In this document: positions 18,792 to 29,733 of the stretch, one piece after another
Layout of the letters: each line of letters opens with the position of its first letter
Numbering within the stretch: the stretch's first letter is position 1
Assembly: GCA_963748215.1 (NCBI GenBank)
Contig: CAVVHS010000006.1
Span: 864,001 to 928,000 of the forward strand
DNA from: an uncultured Gammaproteobacteria bacterium
Lineage (GTDB): Bacteria > Pseudomonadota > Gammaproteobacteria > UBA9214
Direction: 5' to 3'
Length of the DNA: 64,000 nt
The notes under the pieces: model-generated
Databases searched by the model: none
Seen by the model: the letters and a program-made list of their open reading frames with translations, nothing else
Told to the model about the DNA's origin: nothing
Program-made: the position numbers and the translations under genes

Positions 18792-19433
18792 ATGAAGAGA
18801 ACTTACTCGACGGCCAGGCACCCTCCCCTGCGTACCCTGCCAGGACTGGCTGTCATGGCACTCGTCGTGCTGCCGTTGCTCGCCTCCTGCGACGCCGTCT
18901 GCAAGGCTGTCTGCGAAACATCCCAACCCGCCGGGGAAATCGGCCAACCCAGGGATATCGGCTATGCCGTTCTGAAAAAGCTGCTCGACGACGAGCAGCA
19001 TGTCAAGACGCTCCGCATCGTCAAGTCCATCATCACCTTAAGCAAGGCCAGTGATCCGACAGCCGAGCTGATCGATGACATCGCCACGGTTTCCGCCCGG
19101 GGACTGGACGACCTGGAGACGCTGGTCGCACTCAGGCCCGCAATCAACCTGGACACGTCCAGCCAGGAGCAGCTCGGCAGCGACATTTTTAACGCATTGC
19201 GCGTGGCTACCGCCAGGGAACTGATCACCGCGACGGGTGACGACTTCGAACTCAGCCTCGTGCTCAGCCAGATCCAGGCGCTGCGCCTGATCGGCCAGTT
19301 ACTCAAGGAAATCCAGGAACTGGACCCGAACCCGAAGCGACAGGCCTGGCTTGCGCATCTGGCCAGTGACTACGAAACTCTTTACAGTCGTGCCGTTGCA
19401 CGCCTGTCAATCAATGGGGCCAGACTCGATTGA
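18792..19433 (+). CDS. Hypothetical lipoprotein-like protein
   Basis: LLASC lipobox-like motif; last residues and stop come from repeat copy 2. Confidence 0.7.
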   Translation: MKRTYSTARHPPLRTLPGLAVMALVVLPLLASCDAVCKAVCETSQPAGEIGQPRDIGYAVLKKLLDDEQHVKTLRIVKSIITLSKASDPTAELIDDIATVSARGLDDLETLVALRPAINLDTSSQEQLGSDIFNALRVATARELITATGDDFELSLVLSQIQALRLIGQLLKEIQELDPNPKRQAWLAHLASDYETLYSRAVARLSINGARLD

Positions 19434-19434
19434 T
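19408..19434 (+). repeat. 27-bp direct repeat, copy 2 (one mismatch)
   Basis: caatcaatggggccagactcgattgat. Confidence 0.85.
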
Positions 19435-19465
19435 CTGACAACCTTGACCGGAATAAAGGGGACGG

Positions 19466-19650
19466 CGTATAGGAAGCATAACCCACGTATTTCGCGAGAA
19501 TCCACCCGGGAACCGGCCTTCTCACCGGCATCCCTGCCCCTGAATCCCCGCACTCCAGCCGCCTGCAGGCCGCTCCCGGCCCTCTGCCACCGGCTTCCGC
19601 TGGCCTCCTCCTTTTTGTAACAGACATGGCCCGGCCCACCCACCGGGTAT
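19466..19650 (-). mobile_element. IS91/ISCR oriIS-end remnant
   Basis: Reverse complement GTGGGTTATGCTTCCTATACG resembles the ISCR oriIS end; about 40 bp shared with 42351-42389; inner boundary uncertain. Confidence 0.6.
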
Positions 19651-19799
19651 TCAGGGGACGGTTACTAATTTCCACTCAATGCCCCGAACATTTACCTGTC
19701 TCGACTGAGTGCTTGTAAACGGACATCTGTTGCCGCATGGAAAATATTCCTCTGCGCCCGTAAAACTCAGATAAATAGGTATACTGTCCCCTGACTCTT

Positions 19800-20388
19800 C
19801 GCCGCCATCGCGGCTCGTCGAACGCAACCGATTAGATAAGTCGGGAGTTCGAATACCATTCCAGACCTCAAACAAACAAAAGCCCGCACAAGGCGGGGCT
19901 CGGTTGTTTTGTGCGCGACCAGAACGAGCGTAGCGAGTTCAGGAAGTACTTGATGAAACGCCGCAGGCGGTTCTGAAGTACCCGGAGAGATTACTCGGGG
20001 CTGCGCCCCTCGCCCTGCGGGCCGCCGCCGCTGCGCGTCGACGTTCTGCGCTCCCTGCGGTCGCTGGTCGAACTCAACTGAATAGACACGTCGGGAGTTC
20101 GAACCTCTGGTAAACCGATAAACCAAAAGACCCGCGCAAGGCGGGTCTTTTGGTTTATATGGCGCGCCCGGAGAGATTACTCGGGGCTTTGCCCCTCGCC
20201 CCTGCGGGGCCGCCGGCAAAGCCGGCGTTCTGCGCTCCCTGCGGTCGCTGGTCGAACTCAACTGAATAGATACGTCGGGAGTTCGAACCTCTGATGTACC
20301 GATAAACCAAAAGACCCGCGCAAGGCGGGTCTTTTGGTTTATATGGCGCGCCCGGAGAGATTCGAACTCCCGACCGCCTGGTTCGTAG
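19800..20388 (-). repeat. Tandem tRNA-Arg units of about 185 bp (F, G, H) ending in an unexpanded 45-bp 3' half (20344-20388)
   Basis: Reverse complement CTACGAACCAGGCGGTCGGGAGTTCGAATCTCTCCGGGCGCGCCA; units start at about 19974, 20160 and 20344. Confidence 0.92.
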
Positions 20389-20515
20389 TTAGCAAGTGAA
20401 TCGCTAACTTTTTGTTTCTTAAAGTAGATTACTGGAATGCCCGTTGCCCATTTTGCCTAACAAAGCAGGACGATGCATAACTGAATCCCGCAAAAGTCCC
20501 GCAAGCCATTTCATG

Positions 20516-23032
20516 CCCGTCTGGTCAAAATATTCATGCGGCCTCCCGATGGTAATACTTCAGCAGCCCACCTAACCGTTCCTTACAAACGACCGATCCG
20601 TTACCACGATTCATTGCCTTCGTAGTCCTGGAAATAACAGTACGTTGTCTTTACCTTGATGATTTCGCTCAGCATGATAATGGACCAGATACTCTCGCAG
20701 GGCACGTCTTAAGGATGTTTCGCCAAACAGAATTAACTTCGATAAACAGTCGTCCTTGACCGATTTCACCCAGCGTTCAGAAAACGCATTCAGATTCGGA
20801 CTACGCGCAGGAAGCTGGAACGTTTTGACATCGCCGGATTCGATGATGTCCCGAAATGACTCACAGTACTTGGTATCACGGTCATGGATGAGATAGCTGC
20901 AACTTTCAAGAAAACCCCCTCCATCCATGGTCACATTCCGGGCGATTTGTTTCATCCACTGCTCGTTCGGATGTGGCGTGATGCCGACTACCTCGACTTT
21001 GCGACTCTCAAGCTGGATAAAGAATAGTACGTAATAAGTGACCAACTCGGAATCCGCGCAGCGTCAGTACCTCCACGCAGAAAAAGTCGGTCCCCGCAAG
21101 AGACAGAGCATAGAGGTGGACCCCGGTAGCCGGACAGGGGTGAGGAAAGTTTAAGTGTCTTCTGCGAAGATAATTGGGATAGAGACAGGAGCAGAAGATG
21201 AAGAGGAAACGTCGTAATCATTCAGCGAGCTTCAAGGCGAAGGTAGCGGTCGCTGCCATCCGGGGAGACAAGACGCTGGCGGAATTATCCGAGCAGTTTG
21301 ATGTACATCAGAACCAGATTCAGGACTGGCGGCGGAAGTTGCTGGACCAGGCGGATCAGGTCTTTGGGCGTGGAGGTGGTTCGCCGTCCGAGTCGGAACA
21401 CAAGGTCAAGGAGCTGCATGCCAAGATTGGTCAGCTGACGATGGAACGGGATTTTTTAGAACAAGGGCTGGAAAGGATTTCACGGCCGAGAGGCAAAAAA
21501 TGATTGATTGGACGCATTCGTTGCCTGTGACCCGCCAGTGTCGTTGCTCATTCTCAATCGATCCTCGGTGTATTACCAACCGACCGGTGTTTCTGATGAG
21601 GATTTGAGGCTGATGCGGCTCATCGATGAGATCCATCTCAAGCGCCCGTTCTACGGCAGCCGCCGGATTCGGGTAATCTGCAGGATTACTGGGACACCCG
21701 GTCAATCGCAAGAAGGTGCAACGCCTGATGCAGCTGATGGGGATTTCTGCCCTCTATCCGAAGGCTAATACCAGTCGGCCGGGTAAGGGGCACAGGATCT
21801 TATTCCGTACCTGCTGAAAGGCTTGAATATAGACAGACCGAACCAGGTCTGGGCGACTGACATCAGCTATATCCCCATGGCCAGGGGCTTCGTGTATGTC
21901 GTGGCCATCATGGACTCGTACAGCCGCAAGGTCTTGGCTTGGCGGGTATCCAACAGCATGGATGCGGACTTCTGCGTGGATGCCCTGGAAGAGGCTATCA
22001 GTCGCTATGGAGCACCTGATATCTTCAACACCGATCAGGGGGCCCAGTTTACCAGTGAGGCCTTCACCGACGTTCTCAAGTCGGCAGGTATCCGGATCAG
22101 CATGGACGGCAAGGGTCGTTGGGTGGACAATGTGTTTGTGGAACGGCTGTGGCGCAGCCTGAAATACGAAGAGGTGTACCTCAAGGCATACGAAACGGTA
22201 GCCGAGGCCCGACTGGGTATTGGCAACTACTTCCAGTTCTACAATTGTGAACGCAGGCACGACAGCCTGGACCGGCAGACGCCGGATCAGGTCTATGAAG
22301 GGAGTGTAATGTGGCCGGTCGCAGCATGATCAGGCCGCAGGATGTGTGGGGAGAATACACTTAAACGGCTGTCCAAAAATCGGGGTCCATTTCTCATGTG
22401 TGCGCGGATGAAGTCCGCCCAGGTTGTGTACGCCGGCGCTCGGCGCTGGCAGGATGTCATGGCGTTGCAGAATATTGCCAACCGTTTGATCGGATAGCGT
22501 GTAGCCGAGATTCGCCATGGCGCCCACAATGCGGTCATAGCCCCAATCTGAATTCTCTTTGGCCATGCGCACTACCAGTTGCTCGGTTTCGTGATCAATT
22601 CTGGGTCGGCCGGGATATTGGCGTGACTGGGAACCATCGAATTTGCTGGCTATCAGCTTTCGATACCAGCCAGGATAGTGTTCGGGCTTTGGCATTGGCC
22701 ACATCCTCAAGGGCTTTACGGCCAAGACGATGGGCGATTTCTGCAAGTGTGATCCTCTCCCCGTCAGTGAGTCGAAGCGGCGTCTTGAGTTGAGCTTTGA
22801 GGATCCGGTTTTCGGCAGCAAGATACTCATTACGCAAAAGGAGTTCCTGGTTCACTGTCCCAGTGATGTAAGCCAGCATGCGTGCCCAATCCATAATTAT
22901 CCCCACGAGCGATTAGCATTAGCCGATAGATTGTAGGCTTAATGTGAGGGAATTTTCAAAAGCACTGTAACCAGTACGCCATATGTTAAGATGCTGATAT
23001 ATCAACAAGGATGACTTTTTTGACCACACGAG
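20516..23032 (-). mobile_element. Family-B integrase-core IS, copy 2, frameshifted and interrupted by IS3
   Basis: Near-identical to 25174-26400; ends cccgtctggtcaaaa / ttttgaccacacg. Confidence 0.88.
21112..22394 (+). mobile_element. IS3-family element (orfA 21198-21503, frameshifted orfB to 22329)
   Basis: MKRKRRNHSASFKAKVA; RPNQVWATDISY, NTDQGAQF, DNVFVERLWRSLKYE; IRs agaggtggaccccg / cggggtccatttct, apparent CAT target duplication. Confidence 0.9.
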
Positions 23033-23041
23033 GGGAAGTCG

Positions 23042-23490
23042 ATGGTGTCGCCCTCTGTCGGATGTTCAACACCGCCATCTTCTAATTATAGAGTCCCACA
23101 CTACCTGAGCTCCGACCATGATCCGCTATTCCTGTATCACCAATGGCAAGCCAACTTACGGATTCTCGAGATCAAGAAAATCAAGTCCATCCCGCATACC
23201 CCTGTATCGCACCCCTTCGTTGAGCGACTGATCGGAACGGTTCGGCGGGAATACCTTGACCATGTCTTCTCTGGAATGCGCAGGAGATCGTGAACGGAAA
23301 CTTGGCACGTTTCTACAGTATTACAACCATACCCGTGCTGATCAGTCTCTCGATGGGAACGCACCCGCTGAAGTTAGCGGCGCAGCATCAACCACCAACT
23401 GCAAAACTCTGCAACTATTCATGGATACCACACTGTAATGGCCTTTTTCAGACGCCAATTGCTGCATGAATAGGAATTCGCCTAGGACAG
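23042..23490 (+). mobile_element. Family-A integrase-core transposase 3' remnant
   Basis: YLSSDHDPLF..SHPFVERLIGTVRREYLD; end ggaattcgcctaggacag as at 5927-5946. Confidence 0.75.
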
Positions 23491-24204
23491 CACGATTATC
23501 ATCGAGCAGCGCACTTGTTAAGCCACTACCCAGTAGATTTGGTAATCCTGTATTCGGATTTGGTTTACTATTGTAGGCTAGCGACAATAACGCCAGCCGC
23601 TCATTACTATCCATGAAGTTTAATTCTGGTCGAACCAGGTCTAGGCCAGTGCTTACGAGCCAGTCATCAAGAACCGCTTCATACCCATCAAAAGATATTG
23701 TCACGCCGTTTGCATCAGTTGTGCTATATCCGTCAAACGACAGCGTCGTTAAATAATCGCGCACATTCGAATCATCTATTCGCAACTCGTATTTACGAAC
23801 CAATTCAAACTGAAAATCATCATATGCCTGTTGACTAGTAAAATTTGTTGGGTCGTAGCCAAGCTGCGAGAAATAGGCAAGCCTTGCCTGCAGAATCGAA
23901 TCAAAGGCCTGCTTGGCCTGATTATTTTCTAGCTCACTTGGAGAATACGTTAAGGTAAATGCCGCAATTAATTGTCTAGCGAAGTCTTGCTCAGCAGCAA
24001 ATGCCGTGCCTACCAATTTTCGTGACCACCCAAATCGAAACCAAGCGTTTCTAATACTAGTAATCCATGATCTCTGAGATTCAGTCCTATACCGAATGTT
24101 GGTATACCCACACTATCGACGTACGCCCAGGCAATATCTCCCTCTAAGCGCTTTAGTAAGTCGATTCTGGTCGAGTTATAATTACTTTGTAGATGCAATT
24201 GCAT
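23491..24204 (-). pseudogene. Lysozyme-like (GH24-type) domain protein, frameshifted near 24013 and truncated by an IS
   Basis: LKRLEG..AYVDSVGIPTFGIGLNL and ERLALLSLAYN..L.SAL..DNRA. Confidence 0.65.
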
Positions 24205-24244
24205 ATTATCCTCCGTTATACAATTGATATTCTGTTACAGAATG

Positions 24245-25102
24245 TCATTGTAAGAACCTATAACTACACACCTGAGCAATACCACCGGATGTAAGTTGAT
24301 AGACTCGTAACTTACCCATCACAATAGGTGACTTTCCCAGAAAGTCTGGATGATTTCTCCACCATTGATCAATGTATGTTTCGCCTTTGTAGTGAAAGAC
24401 ATCATAATCAACGTCGTGAATGGCATCTTCCACAGCTGTATAACCTCGTTTTACATCGCTTGGCGCAATACCCCAATCACCTTTTTTCACAGGTCTAAAT
24501 ACTTCACGCCCCTTTTTATTCAATGGCGGATGAGGCATGAGCATTTCAGTTTTCTTTAGATCAATGTGCTTGTAATCTGTGCTCAATACCGCCAATAATG
24601 ATCCGTACACACTACCGCACGGTTGCTCGAAGTAGACCGGCTCTTTTTTACCGTCATTATCGATATCAAATTCCGACAAAAAAGGCAGATACCCATATCT
24701 CTGGCGATCTGCTATATAAGCCCCATGCGCCTCTTCGACCTGTAGCATCGTTGCTTGCCATTGCGGCCATTTGTCCACACGATAATATTTAACAGGATTG
24801 ACATCTTGCTCCCATAGCAGCGCTGTCATTTCATTCCTGAATGCTTGTATTGGCTTCCCTGATGGAGTTAAATCACCTTGATACGAAGACCACTCAGGCT
24901 TAGAAAAGCCATAATCCGTATTAACCTTACGTCCACAAGACATAGGCACCTTGGGATTAAATGAATTCAAATTTCTTTCATAGGCCTCACATATTTGCAC
25001 ATTTTTGCCTTCGAGCAATTTGTATTGGCCACTCAACGCTACAGTTGGCGTGCAACCCCACGTTAGAATTACTACCGCCAATATTACAATATACATATTC
25101 AT
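24245..25102 (-). CDS. Secreted/periplasmic hypothetical protein (possible immunity partner)
   Basis: Hydrophobic N-terminus from ATG 25102, paired Cys, FDIDNDGKKE loop; AT-rich. Confidence 0.65.
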   Translation of the reverse strand: MNMYIVILAVVILTWGCTPTVALSGQYKLLEGKNVQICEAYERNLNSFNPKVPMSCGRKVNTDYGFSKPEWSSYQGDLTPSGKPIQAFRNEMTALLWEQDVNPVKYYRVDKWPQWQATMLQVEEAHGAYIADRQRYGYLPFLSEFDIDNDGKKEPVYFEQPCGSVYGSLLAVLSTDYKHIDLKKTEMLMPHPPLNKKGREVFRPVKKGDWGIAPSDVKRGYTAVEDAIHDVDYDVFHYKGETYIDQWWRNHPDFLGKSPIVMGKLRVYQLTSGGIAQVCSYRFLQ

Positions 25103-25173
25103 AATGTGACCACTCACTAGTAAATGATATGCCGATTGAAATTGATGGGTAAAAATTGCCGCCAATAGCTGTG

Positions 25174-26400
25174 CCCGTCTGGTCAAAATATTCATGCGGC
25201 CTCCCGATGGTAATACTTCAGCAGCCCACCTAACCGTTCCTTACAAACGACCGATCCGTTACCACGATTCATTGCCTTCGTAGTAGCTGGAAATAACAGT
25301 ACGTTGTCTTTACCTTGATGATTTCGCTCAGCATGATAATGGACCAGATACTCTCGCAGGGCACGTCTTAAGGATGTTTCGCCAAACAGAATTAACTTCG
25401 ATAAACAGTCGTCCTTGACCGATTTCACCCAGCGTTCAGAAAACGCATTCAGATTCGGACTACGCGCAGGAAGTGGCAACGTTTTGACATCGCCGGATTC
25501 GATGATGTCCCGAAATGACTCACAGTACTTGGTATCACGGTCATGGATGAGATAGCTGCAACTTTCAAGAAAACCCCACTCATCCATGGTCACATTCCGG
25601 GCGATTTGTTTCATCCACTGCTCGTTCGGATGTGGCGTGATGCCGACTATCTCGACTTTGCGACTCTCAAGCTGGATAAAGAATAGCACGTAATAAGTGA
25701 CCAATCCGCGCAGCGTCAGTACCTCCACTGAGAAAAAGTCGGTCCCCGCAAGAACAGACATGTGTGCGCGTATGAAGTCCGCCCAGGTTGTAGTACGCTG
25801 GCGCTCCGGCGCTGGCAGGATGTCATGGCGTTGCAGAATATTGCCAACCGTTTGATCGGATAGCGTGTAGCCGAGATTCGCCATGGCGCCCACAATGCGG
25901 TCATAGCCCCAATCTGAATTCTCTTTGGCCATGCGCACTACCAGTTGCTCGGTTTCGTGATCAATTCTGGGTCGGCCGGGATATTGGCGTGACTGGGAAC
26001 CATCGAATTTGCGGGCTATCAGCTTTCGATACCAGCCCAGGATAGTGTCGGGCTTTGCGGCATTGGCCACATCCTCAAGGGCTTTACGGCCAAGACGATG
26101 GGCGATTTCTGCAAGTGTAATCCTCTCCCCGTCAGTGAGTCGCAGCGGCGTCTTGAGTTGAGCTTTGAGGATCCGGTTTTCGGCAGCAAGATACTCATTA
26201 CGCAAAAGGAGTTCCTGGTTCACTGTCCCAGTGATGTAAGCCAGCATGCGTGCCCAATCCATAATTATCCCCACGAGCGATTAGCATTAGCCGATAGATT
26301 GTAGGCTTAATGTGAGGGAATTTTCAAAAGCACTGTAACCAGTACGCCATATGTTAAGATGTTGATATATCAACACGGATGAGTTTTTTGACCACACGGG
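25174..26400 (-). mobile_element. Family-B integrase-core IS, intact copy
   Basis: 15-bp IRs cccgtctggtcaaaa / ttttgaccacacggg around a single transposase. Confidence 0.88.
25192..26274 (-). CDS. DDE (rve/integrase core) transposase
   Basis: [54 protein letters not shown]. Confidence 0.9.
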   Translation of the reverse strand: MGIIMDWARMLAYITGTVNQELLLRNEYLAAENRILKAQLKTPLRLTDGERITLAEIAHRLGRKALEDVANAAKPDTILGWYRKLIARKFDGSQSRQYPGRPRIDHETEQLVVRMAKENSDWGYDRIVGAMANLGYTLSDQTVGNILQRHDILPAPERQRTTTWADFIRAHMSVLAGTDFFSVEVLTLRGLVTYYVLFFIQLESRKVEIVGITPHPNEQWMKQIARNVTMDEWGFLESCSYLIHDRDTKYCESFRDIIESGDVKTLPLPARSPNLNAFSERWVKSVKDDCLSKLILFGETSLRRALREYLVHYHAERNHQGKDNVLLFPATTKAMNRGNGSVVCKERLGGLLKYYHREAA

Positions 26401-26559
26401 ATCACGACACACTACTCAGCGGCCGAATTGCACAACCTGATTGCGGCCGCAAACAGGGTGTCGGACGAAAAGTCCCGCAAAAGTCCCGCACTGACAATTT
26501 TGAACAGGAAGACTGGTTAGAGAAAGTGGCTCTAACCAACTGAGTGGTATAGGGAAAAA

Positions 26560-26637
<78 letters not shown>

Positions 26638-26716
26638 AAGTGAAGTGTGCGCTTCGCGCACCAGGCACATGTTAACAATAAAAGCAGGTGCGCACAGCGC
26701 ACCCTGCGATAAATAA

Positions 26717-27073
26717 CTACCGTTTCAGAAGATGCAGCACGTCCTCGAGTTCGACGCGGATCTGGTGCACGATCTGCAGGCTCTGGGTGACGTCTTCCTT
26801 CGCGTCCTCGCCGGACATCTTCTGGCGCGCGCCACCGATGGTGAAGCCCTGTTCGTACAGCAGGCTGCGGATCTGGCGGATCATCAGCACGTCCTGGCGC
26901 TGGTAATAACGCCGGTTGCCACGCCGCTTGACCGGTTTCAGCTGCGGAAATTCCTGTTCCCAGTAACGCAGCACGTGCGGCTTCACGCCGCACAGATCAC
27001 TTACTTCACCGATGGTGAAATAGCGCTTGCCCGGGATGACTGGAAGTTCGTTGTTATTGCTCACTTCCAGCAT
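26717..27073 (-). CDS. MerR-family regulator
   Basis: [25 protein letters not shown]; conserved ihfA-merR-tRNA-Pro synteny. Confidence 0.93.
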   Translation of the reverse strand: MLEVSNNNELPVIPGKRYFTIGEVSDLCGVKPHVLRYWEQEFPQLKPVKRRGNRRYYQRQDVLMIRQIRSLLYEQGFTIGGARQKMSGEDAKEDVTQSLQIVHQIRVELEDVLHLLKR

Positions 27074-27353
27074 ACGCTTCTACCCTCGCCTTGAGTTTCT
27101 GACCAGACCGGAAGGTGACGACGCGTCGTGCGGAAATCGGTATTTCTTCACCCGTTTTCGGATTACGGCCGGGACGCTCGTTTTTTTCTCGCAGGTCGAA
27201 ATTCCCGAACCCGGAAAGCTTCACCTGGCGTCCGTTCTCCAGTGCCGCGCGAATCTCCTCGAAAAAGAGTTCGACCAGTTCCTTGGCCTCGCGCTTGTTC
27301 AATCCCAGCTCCTCAAACAGCCTTTCTGCCATGTCGGCTTTGGTTAGTGCCAT
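27054..27353 (-). CDS. ihfA: Integration host factor alpha
   Basis: [36 protein letters not shown]. Confidence 0.97.
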   Translation of the reverse strand: MALTKADMAERLFEELGLNKREAKELVELFFEEIRAALENGRQVKLSGFGNFDLREKNERPGRNPKTGEEIPISARRVVTFRSGQKLKARVEAYAGSEQ

Positions 27354-27357
27354 AGCG

Positions 27358-29733
27358 TTACTCTCTCAGTGATGCCCCAAGTTTTTTACCGAGCCCCTCG
27401 GTGATCCGGCCAACCGCGGATTCGATATCATCCTCGGTAAGTGTGCGGGAATAATCCTGTAGAATCAAGCCGAAAGCCATGCTTTTTCGCCCCTTTTCTA
27501 CTCCCTGTCCCTGATAAATGTCAAAAATTACCAGCTCCTGCAGCAGTTCGCCGGCGGCCTCGCGCACCACCTCCAGCACGGCATCGGCCCCGATGTCGAC
27601 GTCCACCACCACCGCCAGGTCGCGGCGGATCGACGGGAAGCGCGAGATCGCGGCAAAGCTTGCCAGCCTTCCGCTGCCGAGTGCCGCATAGTCCAGTTCG
27701 AACACACAGGTGGCCGGATCGAGGTCGAGCTGCCTGGCCAGCTGCGGGTGCAGCCGACCCAGCCAGCCGACTGTAACGTCGTCCACACGGATCGCCGCTG
27801 ACTGCCCCGGATGCAGTGCCGGGTGTGCGTCCGCGACGAAACGGAAATCGTTACCGGCACGCGCCAGCAGTGTTTCGACATCCTGTTTCAGGTCATAGAA
27901 GTCTACCGGTGTGCCCTTGCCATCCCAGTGTTCGGGCAGGCGCGAACCGGTGGCGATGCCGGCCAGCACCGGGTCCTGCTGTATCTCGCCGGACTCGCGC
28001 CAGAAGCGCAGTCCGTATTCGAACAGGCGCACGCGTGTCTTCTGGCGGTTGATATTATGCTGCACGGCCTTCAGCAGACCCGGCCACAGGCTGGTGCGCA
28101 TGGCGGCCATCTCCGAGGAAATCGGGTTGGCCAGCAGTACCGCTTCCCGTTCCGGGTTCACGGCCTGCTGCAACTGCGGATCGACGAAGCTGTAGGTTAT
28201 GACCTCCTGGAAACCGCGCGCCACGAGCAGGTCACTGTAGTGTTCGATGCTGCGCGCCGTCTCGGCCAGTGGCCGCACATCGAGACTGCCCTGCATGGCG
28301 ATGCTGGGCAGACGGTTGTAGCCGTAGATGCGTCCGACCTCCTCGATGAGGTCGGCCTCGATGGCGATATCGAAACGGAACGACGGCGGCAGCACGCGCC
28401 AGCCCGTCGCGTCCTGCATCTCGACCTGCATACCGAGGCGTTGCAGGATCTCGCTGATCTCGCGGTCCGCCGGCAGCATGCCGAGCACGCGTTCGATACG
28501 CTGCTTGCGCAGGATGATCGATTCGCGCGCCGGCAACTGTGCCGGCGCCACACGTTCGATCACCGGACCGGCCGCGCCGCCGCAAATCGCCAGCAACAGT
28601 GCCGTGGCACGCTCGATGGCGCGGGCCTGCAGCTGCGGGTCGACACCGCGCTCGAAGCGGTGCGCCGAATCGGTATGCATCGCATAGCGACGTGCACAGC
28701 CGGCGATCGACTCGGGCGGGAAAAACGCACATTCCAGGAATACATCCGCGGTAGCATCCGTGACACCGGAATCCATGCCGCCCATGACGCCGGCTATGGC
28801 CAGCACCTTGTCGTGATCGGCGATCACCAGCGTGTCTGCGTCCAGCTCGATCTCGCGTTCGTCCAGCAGGGTCAGCCGCTCACCCTGCCCTGCAAAACGG
28901 ACGCGGATGCCGCCGGACAGACGCGCCAGGTCGAAGGCATGCATCGGCTGGCCGAGCTCGAGCATGACGTAGTTGGTGACATCCACCAGCGGACCCAGGC
29001 TGCGCAGACCGCTGCGCCGCAGGCGCTCCTGCATCCACAACGGCGTCTCCGCCGTGGCCTGCACACCGCGCAAGACGCGGCCGAGGTAGCGCGGACAGGC
29101 CTGCGGTACCTGTACCTCAACGTCGTAGCTGTCATCGATGCTCGCCGCTACCGGCGCAATGTCCACGGTATTGACTGGCGTGCGGGTCAGCGTACCGACC
29201 TCGCGCGCCACGCCTTCCAGGCCCAGGCAGTCGCCGCGGTTCGGGGTGAGGTCGATCTCGATCAGCGTATCGTCGAGGCCGAGCGCATCGACCAGCGACT
29301 GCCCGGCGTGCACCGTGGCCGGCAGGTCCATCAGGCCCTGGCTGTCCTCGCTCAGACCGAGCTCCTTCGCCGAACAGAGCATGCCGAACGACTCCACGCC
29401 GCGCAGCTTGCTTTTCTTTATTCTGAAATCGCCGGGCAGTTTCGCACCCACCGGCGCCAGCGGATACTTGCCGCCGACCGCGACATTGGGCGCGCCGCAC
29501 ACCACCTGCAGGGGCTCACCCTCGCCCAGCGATACGCGGCAAACGCGCAGCTTGTCGGCATCGGGATGTTTTTCGAGCGCAATAACCTCACCGACACGCA
29601 GGTCGGCCAGCCCCGTGCCCAGGCGCTCGACCGAGTCGACTTCCAGACCGGCCATGGTCAGCTGTGCAACCAGTTCGTCGGTCGAAACCGGCGGGTTGAC
29701 CCATTCCCGCAGCCATTGTTCGCTGAATTTCAT
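27358..29733 (-). CDS. pheT: Phenylalanyl-tRNA synthetase beta
   Basis: [40 protein letters not shown]. Confidence 0.97.
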   Translation of the reverse strand: MKFSEQWLREWVNPPVSTDELVAQLTMAGLEVDSVERLGTGLADLRVGEVIALEKHPDADKLRVCRVSLGEGEPLQVVCGAPNVAVGGKYPLAPVGAKLPGDFRIKKSKLRGVESFGMLCSAKELGLSEDSQGLMDLPATVHAGQSLVDALGLDDTLIEIDLTPNRGDCLGLEGVAREVGTLTRTPVNTVDIAPVAASIDDSYDVEVQVPQACPRYLGRVLRGVQATAETPLWMQERLRRSGLRSLGPLVDVTNYVMLELGQPMHAFDLARLSGGIRVRFAGQGERLTLLDEREIELDADTLVIADHDKVLAIAGVMGGMDSGVTDATADVFLECAFFPPESIAGCARRYAMHTDSAHRFERGVDPQLQARAIERATALLLAICGGAAGPVIERVAPAQLPARESIILRKQRIERVLGMLPADREISEILQRLGMQVEMQDATGWRVLPPSFRFDIAIEADLIEEVGRIYGYNRLPSIAMQGSLDVRPLAETARSIEHYSDLLVARGFQEVITYSFVDPQLQQAVNPEREAVLLANPISSEMAAMRTSLWPGLLKAVQHNINRQKTRVRLFEYGLRFWRESGEIQQDPVLAGIATGSRLPEHWDGKGTPVDFYDLKQDVETLLARAGNDFRFVADAHPALHPGQSAAIRVDDVTVGWLGRLHPQLARQLDLDPATCVFELDYAALGSGRLASFAAISRFPSIRRDLAVVVDVDIGADAVLEVVREAAGELLQELVIFDIYQGQGVEKGRKSMAFGLILQDYSRTLTEDDIESAVGRITEGLGKKLGASLRE

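Noticed and set aside
4545-19800. Classical integron
   Set aside because: No intI and no convincing RYYYAAC..GTTRRRY attC sites; cargo lies in both orientations
19974-20388. Tandem repeats as a CRISPR array
   Set aside because: Units are about 185 bp and near-identical throughout, with no unique spacers and no cas genes
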